29,478 nucleotides of DNA from Pseudomonadota bacterium (GTDB lineage Bacteria; Bdellovibrionota; FAC87; UBA2466): positions 1 through 29,478 of the forward strand of contig JAYUGC010000104.1 in the NCBI GenBank assembly GCA_043767805.1, read 5' to 3'. The first letter of the stretch is position 1. Each line of letters starts with the position of its first letter. A model generated the notes under the pieces. That model worked only from the letters and a program-made list of their open reading frames with translations, was not told the DNA's origin and ran no database searches. A program made the translations under genes and the position numbers. Below, in pieces: positions 17,762-26,194 of this stretch.

Positions 17762-19180
17762 ATGCTGGCCCAGCAAACCCTAGGATACGTAAAAGGGAAT
17801 AACTCTCGTTCGGCCGTCTTGATCCTCGGCTCCCTATTGCTCTCGGCGTTTAGCTATCTCGCCGTCATGGCGAGCTCCGACAAAACCGGCATCACCAATT
17901 TGTACTGTTTGGGTCTCGTGCAAATCGCGCCGCTCCTGTTCGCGTTCGCGCGGGGGCGTTTCAGTTATCTCGATTTCGTTCTCTTCAACCACTTCATCGT
18001 ATTCACCGTCGCTCGCTTGAACGCTACCTTCAATTTGGATCAAGCGACGACCTTGCCGCCGGAAGTGATTCTTGCCGTGGAGGTGCTATCGACTTGCACG
18101 GGTCTGATCATCCTCGGCAACCTGGTCGCGAGAACCATTTTCTTCCGCCGCTATTTTTCCGAGGTCGTGTACGAAAGACTTAATCTGTCGCCGGGCCGCC
18201 AGGCCACCGTGCTCTTCGTGCTCCTGACCATTCCGCTGTTCGCTAATTTTCTTCCGCCCAACCTCGCGGTACCCATTCTTTCCTCCGCGAGCGTGGGCTT
18301 CATCCTGCTCTTCACCTCGGCGGTACCCCTGGCTCCGAAGCGCGAAGCTTGGGCGCGCTGGCTGCTTCTGCTTTCCGCCGTTCACTTCTTTCTCGAGACG
18401 GGCTTCATGAGCCTTCTCGCTCAGTACGCGGGCATTTCCTTCGTCAGCGTCTGTATGCGCCGGAAGGTAACCCAGGTCGTGGGTCTGTTGATTTTCGTCG
18501 TCTGTCTTTCGGCGATTCAGTCCGTGAAAGCGGATTTCCGGATCTTTTTGACGGCTAACGAGAACGCTTCGTTCTCCGAGCGGCTGGACAGCATGTCGGA
18601 GCTCATCGATCTGCATTACTTCTCGAAGGAAGATGAGCTCGATGACTTGCGTAACAAACGCCTCGCGGGCGGTTTCGCCCGAGTCGGTGACAACTCACTC
18701 GAGATCGTGCTCACCCAAACGCCTTCGGCGGTTCCCTTTTGGAATGGCGAGACTTACGCGGTCATTCCCTACATCTTCATTCCCCGCTTCCTCTGGCCGG
18801 AGAAGCCTCCGCGGGATTTCTGGAACAAGTACGGCCGCAAGTATGGGGTCATCAGCGAAGACGATTTCGAGACCGCAGTAGGCGTGGGCTTTCTCGCCGA
18901 AGCGTATATGAATTACGGCTACATCGCGCTTTATGTCCTGGCGCTGACCTTTGGTTTCATGATCGCGCTCTTGGAAAGGTGCTCGGCCTACTTCATCGGT
19001 GGTCCCACGGTTCTCGCGTTCATGGTATTTCTCTTACCCGTGCTTCCGTACTCCATCGATCTGGGAAGTATGTTGAGCAGTCTATTCGCTTGTAACGCGG
19101 TCATGCTCGTGATGCGCGTGCTAGTCCGCAAGGGTAACGAGCGCGACGCCTACGGCTCCTCCGCTGACGCGGCCCGATAA
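17762..19180 (+). CDS. Polytopic membrane protein, Wzy/O-antigen polymerase-like
   Basis: About 10-12 hydrophobic segments with a large late soluble loop carrying FIPRFLWPEKP and GFLAEAYMNYG, motifs typical of oligosaccharide repeat-unit polymerases. Confidence 0.62.
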   Translation: MLAQQTLGYVKGNNSRSAVLILGSLLLSAFSYLAVMASSDKTGITNLYCLGLVQIAPLLFAFARGRFSYLDFVLFNHFIVFTVARLNATFNLDQATTLPPEVILAVEVLSTCTGLIILGNLVARTIFFRRYFSEVVYERLNLSPGRQATVLFVLLTIPLFANFLPPNLAVPILSSASVGFILLFTSAVPLAPKREAWARWLLLLSAVHFFLETGFMSLLAQYAGISFVSVCMRRKVTQVVGLLIFVVCLSAIQSVKADFRIFLTANENASFSERLDSMSELIDLHYFSKEDELDDLRNKRLAGGFARVGDNSLEIVLTQTPSAVPFWNGETYAVIPYIFIPRFLWPEKPPRDFWNKYGRKYGVISEDDFETAVGVGFLAEAYMNYGYIALYVLALTFGFMIALLERCSAYFIGGPTVLAFMVFLLPVLPYSIDLGSMLSSLFACNAVMLVMRVLVRKGNERDAYGSSADAAR

Positions 19181-19205
19181 AGCTAGGCTCTCCTTTTGCC
19201 GAAAA
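19178..19205 (+). promoter_or_regulatory. Sigma28 (FliA)-type promoter for pilT
   Basis: TAAA(19178-19181)G-...-GCCGAAAA(19198-19205), 16-nt spacer; the -35 uses the stop codon of the upstream gene; SD AAGGAG at 19241-19246. Confidence 0.65.
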
Positions 19206-19251
19206 GGAAGGGGGGCCCTGGCGATTTGGGCCCTTCCTTCAAGGAGTTTTC

Positions 19252-20799
19252 ATGGCCCATCTCGACGGATATTTGAGCCTCGCCGTTTCTCATGGGGCGT
19301 CGGACTTGCACTTTTCCTCGGGGCAACCCGTGCGCATGCGCATAGACGGTGACCTGGTCATAGTCGATGCCACGGTGCTGACCGCGGAGCAGGTGGAGAT
19401 CCTCTTCTCGGAGATTCTAAGCGAGGAAGAGCGCAATCGACTGGTCGAGAAGAACAACCTCGATCGAAGCTACCGGGTCGACGGCGTCGGTAACTTTCGC
19501 GTCAATATCTTCATGACCCGCGTAGGGCTTGCGGCGGTTTTGCGCTCGATTCCCAGCAAAATTCCCACCATCGAAGAGCTGGGGCTCCCCGATACGCTGA
19601 AGACTCTGGCTGCTTCCGCCCGCGGGCTCGTCCTGGTTACCGGCCCTACGGGCTCCGGTAAATCGACGACTCTCGCGGCGATGATCCATCACATCAACCG
19701 CAACTGCCCCTATCACATCCTGACCGCGGAAGATCCGATCGAGTTCGTGCACCCCTCGCTGAAAAGCTTGGTCAATCAGCGCGAGATCGGAAACTCCTGC
19801 CCGTCCTTTGCCGACGCGCTCAAGTACGCGCTCCGCGAAGATCCCGACGTGATTCTGGTTGGTGAGATGCGCGATTTGGAAACGATATCTCTCGCGCTTA
19901 CCGCGGCGGAAACCGGTCACTTGGTTTTCGGCACGCTTCACACTCGCGGCGCGGCGGCCTCCGTCGATCGCATCATCGATTCCTTCCCGGCAAACCAGCA
20001 AGCGATGATCCGTGCCATGCTTTCCGAGTCGCTAATCGCTGTGGTCAGTCAGGTCCTTTTGAAAAAAGCGACGGGTAAGGGGCGAGTCGCCGCTTACGAG
20101 ATCATGGTCGTCAACCACGCCATCTCGAACCTCATTCGAGAGGGAAAAACCTTTCAGATCACGACCGCGCTCCAAACGGGAAAAAAAGAAGGCATGATCC
20201 TGATGGATCAGAACATCCGGGACTTGGTAGCTTCCGGTCAAGTCAGTTACGAAGAGGCCGAAGCGGTCGTCGAAAGTGCCACCGCTCTTTCGGGACTGCC
20301 GAAAACGGCGGGACTCAAGCAGTCGGGTTGGTCCACCGGCTCATCGAAACCGTCTGGCGGCGTCGCGCCACCCGCGCTCGGAGGCAGCCGGCCTCCTTTA
20401 CCGCCTGGCTTGAACCGCGCGGCGGCTCCGCCTGCTCTCGGAAAAAGCCCCTCGGCGATGCCGCCTAATCTAGCGCCTCCGCCTCCCGCTCCAAAATCCT
20501 TGGCGGGTAATTTCAGCCCTCAGCCTTTGACGATGGGGGAGAACACCCAAGCCGGAATTCGTATCCGGCCTTCGCCGCCCACGATGCCAGCGGCTCCGCC
20601 CAGGCCGACTCCTCCCGCGGCTCCTTCCCTCGTCCTGAGTAATACGCCCGAAGAAAGCGTCGAATCGATTCTGGAAGTGCATCTCGAAGAGGTCGAGTTC
20701 GGCGTGACCTTGCAGGACAACGAACCATCCATTTCGGGTGCCTCGCCTCAAGCGCCGGTCGCGCCGCCCGTGCCTGGTTTGAAGAAAAAGGCGGGTTGA
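19252..20799 (+). CDS. pilT: Type IV pilus retraction ATPase PilT with Pro-rich C-terminal extension
   Basis: GASDLHF, Walker A GPTGSGKSTT, EDPIEF, ALREDPDVILVGEMRD, His box GHLVFGTLHT, AISNLIRE (AIRNLIRE motif of PilT). Confidence 0.93.
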   Translation: MAHLDGYLSLAVSHGASDLHFSSGQPVRMRIDGDLVIVDATVLTAEQVEILFSEILSEEERNRLVEKNNLDRSYRVDGVGNFRVNIFMTRVGLAAVLRSIPSKIPTIEELGLPDTLKTLAASARGLVLVTGPTGSGKSTTLAAMIHHINRNCPYHILTAEDPIEFVHPSLKSLVNQREIGNSCPSFADALKYALREDPDVILVGEMRDLETISLALTAAETGHLVFGTLHTRGAAASVDRIIDSFPANQQAMIRAMLSESLIAVVSQVLLKKATGKGRVAAYEIMVVNHAISNLIREGKTFQITTALQTGKKEGMILMDQNIRDLVASGQVSYEEAEAVVESATALSGLPKTAGLKQSGWSTGSSKPSGGVAPPALGGSRPPLPPGLNRAAAPPALGKSPSAMPPNLAPPPPAPKSLAGNFSPQPLTMGENTQAGIRIRPSPPTMPAAPPRPTPPAAPSLVLSNTPEESVESILEVHLEEVEFGVTLQDNEPSISGASPQAPVAPPVPGLKKKAG

Positions 20800-20809
20800 A
20801 GATTCTCCT

Positions 20810-20851
20810 GATCTCGTAGACGTGAGCGTTGAAGATCACGTCTACGAGATC
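20810..20851. repeat. Perfect 16-bp inverted repeat between convergent genes
   Basis: GATCTCGTAGACGTGA (20810-20825), 10-nt loop, TCACGTCTACGAGATC (20836-20851); no flanking U-tract on either strand. Confidence 0.9.
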
Positions 20852-20858
20852 CGCTAAT

Positions 20859-21233
20859 TCACTTTGCCATGTAATAAGTCATTCCGGCCTTCGTCAGACA
20901 GGTCTTGATACTTCCTTCGCTAGAGAGCGTCTGGTAGTTCGTCGTGAAGTCGGCGAAGAACACGTCGAACGTCCAGTGCACTGCCGCCGCTTGATAGGTG
21001 CAGTTGCAGAACGTCAGCCAGGTCGCTTCGTCGTAGTAAGTGGGGTCGCCCGCTTCGGAGCAGTACTCGCTTTGGGTTTGGAGCTGGGTCGCGGTCCATT
21101 TTCCGGAAGTGGTCGGAGTCGTGGTGGGGACCGATCCGACCTTGGGGTCCGTGGTGGATTCCGGCGTGGTACTTTGATTGCCGCAGCCAGAGAGAAAGAA
21201 CGAGAGACACAGAGCCGAGATTAGGTGCTTCAC
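20859..21233 (-). CDS. Small Cys-rich lipoprotein of unknown function
   Basis: GTG start with AAGGA upstream; lipobox FLSG-C; Thr/Pro/Ser tether; then a helical domain with four Cys (YC, FCNC, TC). Confidence 0.75.
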   Translation of the reverse strand: MKHLISALCLSFFLSGCGNQSTTPESTTDPKVGSVPTTTPTTSGKWTATQLQTQSEYCSEAGDPTYYDEATWLTFCNCTYQAAAVHWTFDVFFADFTTNYQTLSSEGSIKTCLTKAGMTYYMAK

Positions 21234-21351
21234 GAGAAGTTCCTTTGAAAGTCCCGCTGGGCGCGGCGGGCGCTTTCCTCTTCGAGAGAGCTACTATGCA
21301 TCGGGTGTGCCGGAATTTTCGCGCTCGGGCCGCGCCACTCTTGCCGCGCTT

Positions 21352-21373
21352 GGGTCCGGGAGGGCCCTTTTTT
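21352..21373 (+). terminator. Intrinsic terminator-like hairpin on the plus strand
   Basis: GGGTCC-GGGA-GGGCCC followed by TTTTTT; the G-U pair only works on the plus-strand RNA. Confidence 0.55.
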
Positions 21374-21384
21374 CGTCAGCCGCC

Positions 21385-21675
21385 TCAGCGGCGGATTTCG
21401 AATTTGGGAAAAGCAGCAGCGTCTTTCGGCATTCGAGCCTGGATTTCCACCCGATCCACCCTCGCGCCGGGAGGGCCTTGGTGGAGCCACTTCAGCAGGG
21501 CATCGAGCTGCTCGGCGCTACCTTCGGCGAAAACCTCGACCTCGCCGCCGGCCAGATTGCGGACCCAGCCGGTCACGCCCAGCCCGCGAGCCTGGCCACA
21601 GGCGCCGTAACGGAAGCCGACGCCCTGGACGAGACCACTAATAACTGCTTGAAGTTGTTCGAGTTTCAAACTCAT
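21385..21675 (-). CDS. acyP: Acylphosphatase
   Basis: Start reassigned to ATG 21675 (96 aa); ISGLVQGVGFR, GWVRNLAGGEVEV, GPPGARV, FEIR. Confidence 0.93.
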   Translation of the reverse strand: MSLKLEQLQAVISGLVQGVGFRYGACGQARGLGVTGWVRNLAGGEVEVFAEGSAEQLDALLKWLHQGPPGARVDRVEIQARMPKDAAAFPKFEIRR

Positions 21676-21703
21676 TGACTCGGTCTGCCGCGGGCCGTAA
21701 AAC
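21675..21703 (+). promoter_or_regulatory. Sigma70-type promoter for the deo operon
   Basis: TTGACT(21675-21680)-N17-TAAAAC(21698-21703); SD GGAG before GTG 21728. Confidence 0.55.
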
Positions 21704-21727
21704 GATCTCCTATTTCCGGGGGAGACC

Positions 21728-22408
21728 GTGTCCGAAATCAAAATCCCGTCCCAATATATCGACCACACTTTGCTCCGTCCAGACGCCACCGAAGCTGAGA
21801 TCACAAAGCTCTGCCAGGAAGCGGCCGAGTTTTCTTTCAAGAGCGTGTGCCTCGAAAGCAAATGGCTCGGGCTCGCGACGAAGCTCCTTCAGGGATCGTC
21901 GGTCATTCCCATCACGGTCATCTCATTTCCCAAAGGCGACGATCACGGCCCCATCAAAGCCGCGGACACGCTCGCGGCCGTGAAGGCGGGCGCCCGGGAA
22001 ATCGACATGGTCTTGAACCGTCAGCTCTTGAAAGCGCGCAACCACGAAGCCGTCTATGACGACATTCGCGGCGTGGTGGAAGCGGCGGGCGGATTCCCTG
22101 TAAAAGTTATTTTTGAGACCTCCGAGCTCACGCGCGAGGAAAAGATCATGGCGTGCGCTCTCGCCAAAGCGGCCAGCGCGAAGTTCGTCAAAACCTCTAC
22201 GGGTTTTTCGAAGACGGGTGCGACCGTCGAGGACGTTCGCCTCATGCGGGAATGCGTCGGCCCCGACATCGGCGTCAAAGCCAGCGGCGGCATCCGCACC
22301 ACGGAAGACGCGCGCAAAATGATCGAAGCGGGCGCCAATCGCTTGGGCTGCTCGGCTTCCATCGCCATCATCAAAGGGCAGGCCAGTTCCTCGTCGGGTG
22401 GGTACTAA
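21728..22408 (+). CDS. deoC: Deoxyribose-phosphate aldolase
   Basis: IDHTLLRPDAT, VISFPKG, GAREIDMV, KVIFETSEL, FVKTSTGF, VKASGGIRT, RLGCS. Confidence 0.96.
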   Translation: MSEIKIPSQYIDHTLLRPDATEAEITKLCQEAAEFSFKSVCLESKWLGLATKLLQGSSVIPITVISFPKGDDHGPIKAADTLAAVKAGAREIDMVLNRQLLKARNHEAVYDDIRGVVEAAGGFPVKVIFETSELTREEKIMACALAKAASAKFVKTSTGFSKTGATVEDVRLMRECVGPDIGVKASGGIRTTEDARKMIEAGANRLGCSASIAIIKGQASSSSGGY

Positions 22409-22409
22409 A

Positions 22410-23585
22410 ATGGACCGTCCTTACCGCCGCATCGTCTGCCTCGTGGCCGATGGCTTCGGCGTCGGCGAAGCGCCCGATGCTGCCGAATACAATGACGTTG
22501 GTTCCAATACCCTCGTCAACACGGCCAAGGCGGTCGGTGGCATTCGCCTTCCCAATTTGGAAAAGCTCGGCCTCGGTAATCTGGGCGAAGTTCCCGGTGT
22601 GGCGCGCACCGAAACTCCGATGGCTTTGGTGGGGCGCATGGCGGAGCGGAGCGCGGGTAAAGACACCACGACCGGCCACTGGGAAATCGCGGGCCTGGTT
22701 ACGCGTAAGGCGTTCGCGCTTTTTCCGGAAGGCTTTCCCAAAGATTTGGTGGACGCCTTCATTCGCGAGGCCAAACTTCCCGGCGTGCTTGGAAATAAAG
22801 CGGCGAGCGGAACCACGATCATCGACGAGCTTGGGGAAGAAAGCGTTCAATCGGGTAAGCCCATTCTCTACACCTCGGGCGATTCCGTGTTTCAGATTGC
22901 CGCTCACGAACCAAGCTTCGGTCTTGAGCGGCTCTACCAAGTTTGCGAGATCGCGCGAAAGCTCACCCTCGATCGTCAGATCGGGCGAGTCATCGCGCGG
23001 CCCTTCGAGGGAACCGGCAAGGGCCAGTTCAAGCGCACCGAGCGCCGCCGCGACTATTCGATTTCCCCGGGCCCCAATTGCCTGGATCATCTGACCCAGT
23101 CAGGCGTCGACGTCTACAGCGTCGGTAAGATCGAAGACATCTTCGATCACCGCGGAATCACCAAGGCCAATCACACCGGCAACAACCGGGACGGCCTGAA
23201 AGTGACTTTGGATTATTTGAAAAGCGCCCGGGAAAAGGGCGGCTTCATTTTCACGAACCTCGTCGACATGGATCAGCTCTACGGCCATCGCCGGGATCCG
23301 AAAGGGTACGCGGGCTCCCTCATCGAGATGGACGCTTTTTTCCCGAAGCTCCTCGCGGAGCTCACCGTCGACGATTGCCTCATTCTGACCGCGGATCACG
23401 GCTGCGATCCCACTTTTCGTGGCACGGACCACACGCGGGAGTATGTCCCTCTCGTGGCTTACAGCCCGCGTTTTCGGGGCCGTACGCTCGCCGACAGGGA
23501 TTCGTTCGCTGATATTTCCGCCTCCGTGCTGAAGGCTTTCGGCGTCTCCACGCCTGGCGAAGGAGCCGGCTCGGCCTTTCTATGA
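22410..23585 (+). CDS. deoB: Phosphopentomutase
   Basis: DGFGVGEAPDA, GKDTTTGHWE, YTSGDSVFQIAAHE, GRVIARPF, NLVDMDQLYGHRRD, TADHGCDPT, TDHTREYVP. Confidence 0.96.
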   Translation: MDRPYRRIVCLVADGFGVGEAPDAAEYNDVGSNTLVNTAKAVGGIRLPNLEKLGLGNLGEVPGVARTETPMALVGRMAERSAGKDTTTGHWEIAGLVTRKAFALFPEGFPKDLVDAFIREAKLPGVLGNKAASGTTIIDELGEESVQSGKPILYTSGDSVFQIAAHEPSFGLERLYQVCEIARKLTLDRQIGRVIARPFEGTGKGQFKRTERRRDYSISPGPNCLDHLTQSGVDVYSVGKIEDIFDHRGITKANHTGNNRDGLKVTLDYLKSAREKGGFIFTNLVDMDQLYGHRRDPKGYAGSLIEMDAFFPKLLAELTVDDCLILTADHGCDPTFRGTDHTREYVPLVAYSPRFRGRTLADRDSFADISASVLKAFGVSTPGEGAGSAFL

Positions 23586-24919
23586 TCACGGCGAAAGAGT
23601 TCATCCTGAAAAAGCGGGCGGGGCACGAACACGACTCGCGCGAGCTGAAATTTTTTCTGGATGGCTATCTCGACGGTGAGATCAAAGACTATCAAGTAGC
23701 GGCGTGGCTCATGGCCGTCTTCTTCCGGGGAATGACCACGAATGAGACGCGGGAGTGGACCCGGCTCATGTGGCAATCGGGACGGACGCTCCCTCGCTCC
23801 GACCGAAAAGATTATTGGATCGATAAGCACAGCACGGGCGGGGTCGGCGACAAGACCTCTCTCATTCTCGTGCCGTGGGTCTCCTGCGTTTGCCGCCGTC
23901 TATTCGGCGAGACCAGCGTGCGCCTTCCCATGGTCTCTGGGCGCGGTTTAGGTCATACGGGGGGAACGCTCGATAAGCTAGAGGCGGTGCCGGGCTTTTC
24001 TCCTAGAGTGCCGCTTCCGCGCGCGATGGAGATGCTCTCGACTCAAGGCTACTTCATGATGGGGCAGACGGACGATATGGCTCCGGCCGATCGGCTTCTC
24101 TATTCCCTGCGCGACGTCACCGGAACGGTGGAGAGCTTGCCTCTCATCGTCTCCAGCATTCTTTCGAAAAAGCTCTCTGAGAATTTGGATGGGCTCGTGC
24201 TCGACGTAAAAAGCGGCGCCGGCGCTTTCATGAAGACTCGCGCCGAGGCGGAAGCTTTGGCGTGCGGTCTCATCGACGGTGCCAGAGGGCAGGGTGTCGC
24301 CGCCGTGGCGCTGCTCACCTCCATGAATGAGCCGCTCGGTCTCAAAGTCGGCAACTTTCTCGAAGTCGAGGAGTGCGCGGATTTTCTCGAAGGTAAGCCC
24401 GCCGACAAAGGGCTCTTCGAAGTCACGCTCGAGCTCGCGGCCTGGATGGTGCGTCTTGCCTCCCGTAAAAGAGTTTCTCTTGAAGACGCACGCGATGTTT
24501 TGCAAACGGAGCTCAAATCCGCGCGCCCGCTCAAAGAGTACGAGCGGATGTTCGAAGCGCAGGGTGGCCGGTGGAAGGAATTTCTCACAAGCCGCGAGCG
24601 GCTTCCCGACGCTTACGCCCGGGTGGAATGCCGGGCGCCCCAAGCCGGCTGGATCTGGGCCATTGATCCCCTGGCGACGGGTGCTTTCGTGACCGCGCTC
24701 GGAGGCGGTAGACTACGTAAAGAAGACGCCGTCGATTTCAGGGTCGGCGTGGAGCTCGCCAAGAAATGCGGCGACGAAGTGAAAGCGAATGAGATTGTGG
24801 CTTGGGTAGTTTGTCTCCGCTCCCGGGAGACGGAAGCCAAGGCCTGGTTCGAGTCATCGGTGGTTGTGGGTACCGAGCGTGTGCCTTCTCAGCCCTGGCT
24901 CCTTGGAGTAATGGAATGA
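23582..24919 (+). CDS. deoA: Thymidine phosphorylase (pyrimidine-nucleoside phosphorylase family)
   Basis: DKHSTGGVGDK, PMVSGRGLGHTGGTLDKLE, LYSLRDVTGTV, SSILSKKL, LDVKSGAGAFMK; ATGA overlap with deoB. Confidence 0.92.
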   Translation: MITAKEFILKKRAGHEHDSRELKFFLDGYLDGEIKDYQVAAWLMAVFFRGMTTNETREWTRLMWQSGRTLPRSDRKDYWIDKHSTGGVGDKTSLILVPWVSCVCRRLFGETSVRLPMVSGRGLGHTGGTLDKLEAVPGFSPRVPLPRAMEMLSTQGYFMMGQTDDMAPADRLLYSLRDVTGTVESLPLIVSSILSKKLSENLDGLVLDVKSGAGAFMKTRAEAEALACGLIDGARGQGVAAVALLTSMNEPLGLKVGNFLEVEECADFLEGKPADKGLFEVTLELAAWMVRLASRKRVSLEDARDVLQTELKSARPLKEYERMFEAQGGRWKEFLTSRERLPDAYARVECRAPQAGWIWAIDPLATGAFVTALGGGRLRKEDAVDFRVGVELAKKCGDEVKANEIVAWVVCLRSRETEAKAWFESSVVVGTERVPSQPWLLGVME

Positions 24920-25767
24920 AGACGACCGTGGTTCCGTTGATGCAGCGGCTGGACGAAGCGAAAAAAGCGCTTCTCGCCAAAGTGGGCACGTTCCCTAAAA
25001 TTCTCATCGTGCTGGGAAGCGGCTTGAGCGGCATCGCCGACGATATCGACACCGAAGTGCAAATCCCGCTCTCCGACATTCCGCACATCAAGCCGCTGAC
25101 CGTGCAGGGGCACGTCGGGCGGCTGGTCGTCGGGAAACTCCATGGGGTAAGAGTCGCTTGCCTTCAGGGCCGGCTTCATTACTACGAAGGCCATGCTATG
25201 GACGATGTGGTCTTCCCCGTACGTGCGTTCGCCTGGGCGGGCGCGGAAGTGTTTTTGCTGACGAATGCCGCGGGCGGGCTTCGCCCCGAGATGGCGCCGC
25301 TGGATTTCCTGCTCATCCGCGATCATTTGAATTTATTCGGCACCAATCCCCTCATCGGGGTGAATCACGATGGGCTCGGCGTTCGCTTTCCCGACATGAC
25401 TCACGTGTATGATGCGGAAATGCGCAAAGTGTTCGTGGAATCGGCTCGCAAGCATCAGATTCCCATCTGGGAAGGCGTTTACGTCGGCATTCACGGGCCT
25501 TCCTACGAGACGCCCGCGGAGATTCGCATGTACCGCCAATTGGGTGGTGACGTGGTCGGCATGTCGACGGTTCCCGAAGCCATCGCCCTTCGCCACATGG
25601 GTAAGCGCGTGGTCGGTCTCTCCTGCATCACCAATATGGCGGCGGGAGTGACGGAAGAGGAGCTCGTCCACGACGACGTGCTCGCCAACGGCAAAAAGAT
25701 TTACGGGCGGTTCTCCAAGCTCATGGCGGAAGCCATCAAGAAGATGGAGGCCGCGCTTGGAGCTTAA
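24916..25767 (+). CDS. punA: Purine-nucleoside phosphorylase, trimeric inosine/guanosine-specific type
   Basis: Start ATG 24916 (ATGA overlap); VLGSGL, GRLHYYEG, LTNAAGG, RFPDM, GPSYETPAE, VGMSTVPE, SCITNMAAG. Confidence 0.93.
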   Translation: MKTTVVPLMQRLDEAKKALLAKVGTFPKILIVLGSGLSGIADDIDTEVQIPLSDIPHIKPLTVQGHVGRLVVGKLHGVRVACLQGRLHYYEGHAMDDVVFPVRAFAWAGAEVFLLTNAAGGLRPEMAPLDFLLIRDHLNLFGTNPLIGVNHDGLGVRFPDMTHVYDAEMRKVFVESARKHQIPIWEGVYVGIHGPSYETPAEIRMYRQLGGDVVGMSTVPEAIALRHMGKRVVGLSCITNMAAGVTEEELVHDDVLANGKKIYGRFSKLMAEAIKKMEAALGA

Positions 25768-26194
25768 GCTGCGTCCCGTTTCCGAGCTTAAGAAACCAAG
25801 CCGGGAGCTGCTGAAAGCGGCGCTCGCGGTCCGCGCCAAGGCGTACGCGCCTTTTTCGAAGTTTCAGGTCGGTTGCGGGCTTCGCGATAGCAAGGGCAAG
25901 GTGCACGCGGGCTGTAACGTCGAGAACGCGTCTTACGGCGCCACTATTTGCGCCGAGCGCTCGGCCATTTTGCAGATGGTCGCGTCTGGGTGCCAGAAAA
26001 TCGACGAGCTCGTCGTCATCACCACGTCCGATCAAGCGTTTTATCCCTGTGGGCTTTGTCTTCAAGTCATCGGTGAGTTCGGCGGGGAAGCGACCGTCAT
26101 CGCGGTGGAGTCGACGGGAAAGAAGTTCCGGATGGCGAAGATGTCCGAGCTCTATCCGTCCGCGTTCTCCACGGAGACCTGGAAGCATGAGTGA
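25757..26194 (+). CDS. cdd: Cytidine deaminase, homotetrameric type
   Basis: AYAPFSKFQVG, GCNVENASYG, CAERSA, PCGLC (three-Cys zinc site). Confidence 0.95.
   Translation: MELKLRPVSELKKPSRELLKAALAVRAKAYAPFSKFQVGCGLRDSKGKVHAGCNVENASYGATICAERSAILQMVASGCQKIDELVVITTSDQAFYPCGLCLQVIGEFGGEATVIAVESTGKKFRMAKMSELYPSAFSTETWKHE

Noticed and set aside
19173..19180. Second sigma28-like -10 CCCGATAA
   Set aside because: No TAAA-like -35 at the expected distance; the adjacent 19178-19205 site fits much better.
20341..20640. Possible tandem DNA repeat or CRISPR-like array in the pilT tail
   Set aside because: Only low-complexity Pro/Ala codons; no regularly spaced identical repeats.
21303..21367. Resemblance to SRP RNA (GTGTGCCGG and GGTCCGGGAGG)
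   Set aside because: The conserved CAGG-x-CC-GNRA-GG-x-AGCAG helix 8 motif is absent and the segments are in the wrong order.
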